In this document: one piece after another, positions 62,922-64,000 of the stretch
Layout: every line of letters begins with the position of its first letter
How positions within the stretch are numbered: position 1 is the first letter of the stretch
Position numbers and translations under genes: made by a program
Notes under the pieces: generated by a model
The model's database searches: none
Seen by the model: the letters and a program-made list of their open reading frames with translations, nothing else
Told to the model about the DNA's origin: nothing
Source of the DNA: Eubacteriales bacterium
Lineage (GTDB): Bacteria > Bacillota > Clostridia > Oscillospirales > CAG-272
Length of the DNA: 64,000 nt
Reading direction: 5' to 3'
Assembly: GCA_045542275.1 (NCBI GenBank)
Contig: JAZQKP010000016.1
Coordinates: 5,576 to 69,575, forward strand

Positions 62922-63698
62922 ATGATTGTTTACACATTATTTTCCGGCTCCAGCGGAAACTGTGTGTATGTAAAGGATAAGAATACCGAAATATTAATAG
63001 ACGCAGGAAAAAGCGCAGGAGCAATTGAAAAATCGCTTACTGCGCTTAACTCTTGTCTTAGCAATATTGAGGGTATTTTCTTAACCCATGAGCATACAGA
63101 CCATACCGTCGGACTGGAAATTATATCAAAGAAATACCACGTTCCCGTACATATGACGGAGCCGTCCTATCAAAGATGTGTCAGCCCCCATTCCTATCTT
63201 GCCACCTGTGCCAAGGGACACGAGGTAAGATACGAATTGAAAATCGGCACTCTTAAAATCTCATCCTTTGAGATTCCCCATGACAGTATGCAAAACGTGG
63301 GCTACATTATAGAAAACGATGAGGGCGAAAAATTTGGCTTGGCAACGGATATGGGGCATATAACCGAAGAAATTCTTTCCTCTCTTGTGGGCTGTCACTA
63401 CGCAGTTATCGAATCAAACCACGATATCGGTATGCTGAAAAGTGGCCCATACCCCTATTTTTTAAAGCAAAGAATTCTTTCCGACCGTGGACACCTTTGT
63501 AACGAGGAATGCGCAAGATTATCCCTCTATCTTGCCGAAAACGGCACAAAATCAATTACCCTTGCCCACCTAAGCCGTGAGAATAACACTCCCTACAGAG
63601 CATTTTCCATTACCCGTGACGTGCTTAATCAGGGTGGCTTCCCTAACGTAGAGCTAAACGTTGCTTCTCCCCTTATTTCTATTTGTGTCCACAAATAG
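62922..63698 (+). CDS. MBL-fold metallo-hydrolase (YycJ/WalJ-like)
   Basis: FLTHEHTDHTVGL (HxHxDH) motif. 258 aa. Confidence 0.85.
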   Translation: MIVYTLFSGSSGNCVYVKDKNTEILIDAGKSAGAIEKSLTALNSCLSNIEGIFLTHEHTDHTVGLEIISKKYHVPVHMTEPSYQRCVSPHSYLATCAKGHEVRYELKIGTLKISSFEIPHDSMQNVGYIIENDEGEKFGLATDMGHITEEILSSLVGCHYAVIESNHDIGMLKSGPYPYFLKQRILSDRGHLCNEECARLSLYLAENGTKSITLAHLSRENNTPYRAFSITRDVLNQGGFPNVELNVASPLISICVHK

Positions 63699-63720
63699 AA
63701 ATAACAGTATTCCTCAAGGA

Positions 63721-63790
63721 ATATATCGTATCGGCACAGCCGATATATCGAATTTGCAGAGCAAATATATCGTATACGCAGTATATATCG
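63721..63790. repeat. Phased array of four ATATATCG octamers
   Basis: ATATATCG at 63721, 63743, 63765 and 63783 (spacings 22, 22 and 18 nt). The second sits within the perfect palindrome CGATATATCG. Confidence 0.5.
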
Positions 63791-63828
63791 CAAAAAACAG
63801 CCACTTCTGTGGCTGTTTTTTATTTTTC
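63791..63828. terminator. Bidirectional rho-independent terminator
   Basis: Stem ACAGCCAC / GTGGCTGT with loop TTCT, flanked by an A-run and a T-run. Overlaps the stop of the reverse-strand HepT-like gene. Confidence 0.75.
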
Positions 63829-64000
63829 AAGCTCTTTTATAAGCCAAGGGATATCCTCGGTAAGGGTAGCATACACTACTGAAAGATCTACGTGTCCGTA
63901 ATCATGCACAATTCTGTTTCTTAAGCCCGATATGTCAGTCCAAGGAATGTTTTTGTGTTCGTCTCTATATTCCTCTGATAGCTTTCTTGTGTTTTCCTGC
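63820..64000 (-). CDS. HepT/DUF86 (HEPN-domain) toxin, C-terminal part; gene continues past the right edge
   Basis: My reverse-strand translation gives ...PWTDISGLRNRIVHDYGHVDLSVVYATLTEDIPWLIKELEK*, with the HEPN R-x4-H motif (RNRIVH). Stop TAA at 63820-63822. Confidence 0.75.
   Translation of the reverse strand, partial: QENTRKLSEEYRDEHKNIPWTDISGLRNRIVHDYGHVDLSVVYATLTEDIPWLIKELEK

Noticed and set aside
1-64000. Search for rRNA, tRNA, tmRNA, riboswitch leaders, IS elements and an oriC-type DnaA-box cluster
   Set aside because: The intergenic regions are short, and none showed cloverleaf-type or known riboswitch-like conserved cores that I could recognise by eye. No transposase-like ORF was seen. 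Isolated TTATCCAC-like strings occur only inside addB coding sequence. A covariance-model scan (Infernal/tRNAscan-SE) would be needed to be definitive.

Overview
This window looks like a chromosomal segment of a Gram-positive, Clostridia-like bacterium. The evidence is strong GGAGG ribosome-binding sites, AddAB rather than RecBCD, gdpP-rplI-dnaB synteny and rny-ymdB synteny. I can support about 58 protein genes. I saw no rRNA, tRNA, CRISPR array, transposase or integrase. Housekeeping blocks: gtrA-queG-addB-addA; a type IIA topoisomerase B subunit with tadA; a Na+-pumping oxaloacetate decarboxylase operon; pncB; gdpP-rplI-dnaB; a glmU-like gene with pth; mgsA; rny-ymdB. Accessory material: (1) a compact 12.8 kb, 14-gene phage-derived cluster at 29.4-42.2 kb. 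It has terminase, portal, scaffold-like, capsid, putative adaptor/nozzle-sized and fibre-like genes plus three membrane proteins. It has no integrase, replication, lysogeny or recognisable lysin genes and no long-tail genes. This is the most interesting object; it may be a domesticated or GTA-like short-tailed particle, or a prophage remnant. (2) An orphan lysogeny-switch-like module at 2.1-4.0 kb: an S24/HTH repressor divergent from a C2H2 mini-ORF and a sigma region-4-like activator. (3) A blaI/blaR1-like pair with a non-canonical sensor domain, followed by two BspA-type LRR lipoprotein paralogs. (4) A secreted nonspecific nuclease and a small partner ORF translationally coupled to addBA. 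(5) Two families of structured intergenic or intercistronic repeats, three copies each. (6) A truncated HepT (DUF86) toxin gene at the right edge. All functional calls come from reading motifs in the supplied translations. No database search or numerical computation was run.
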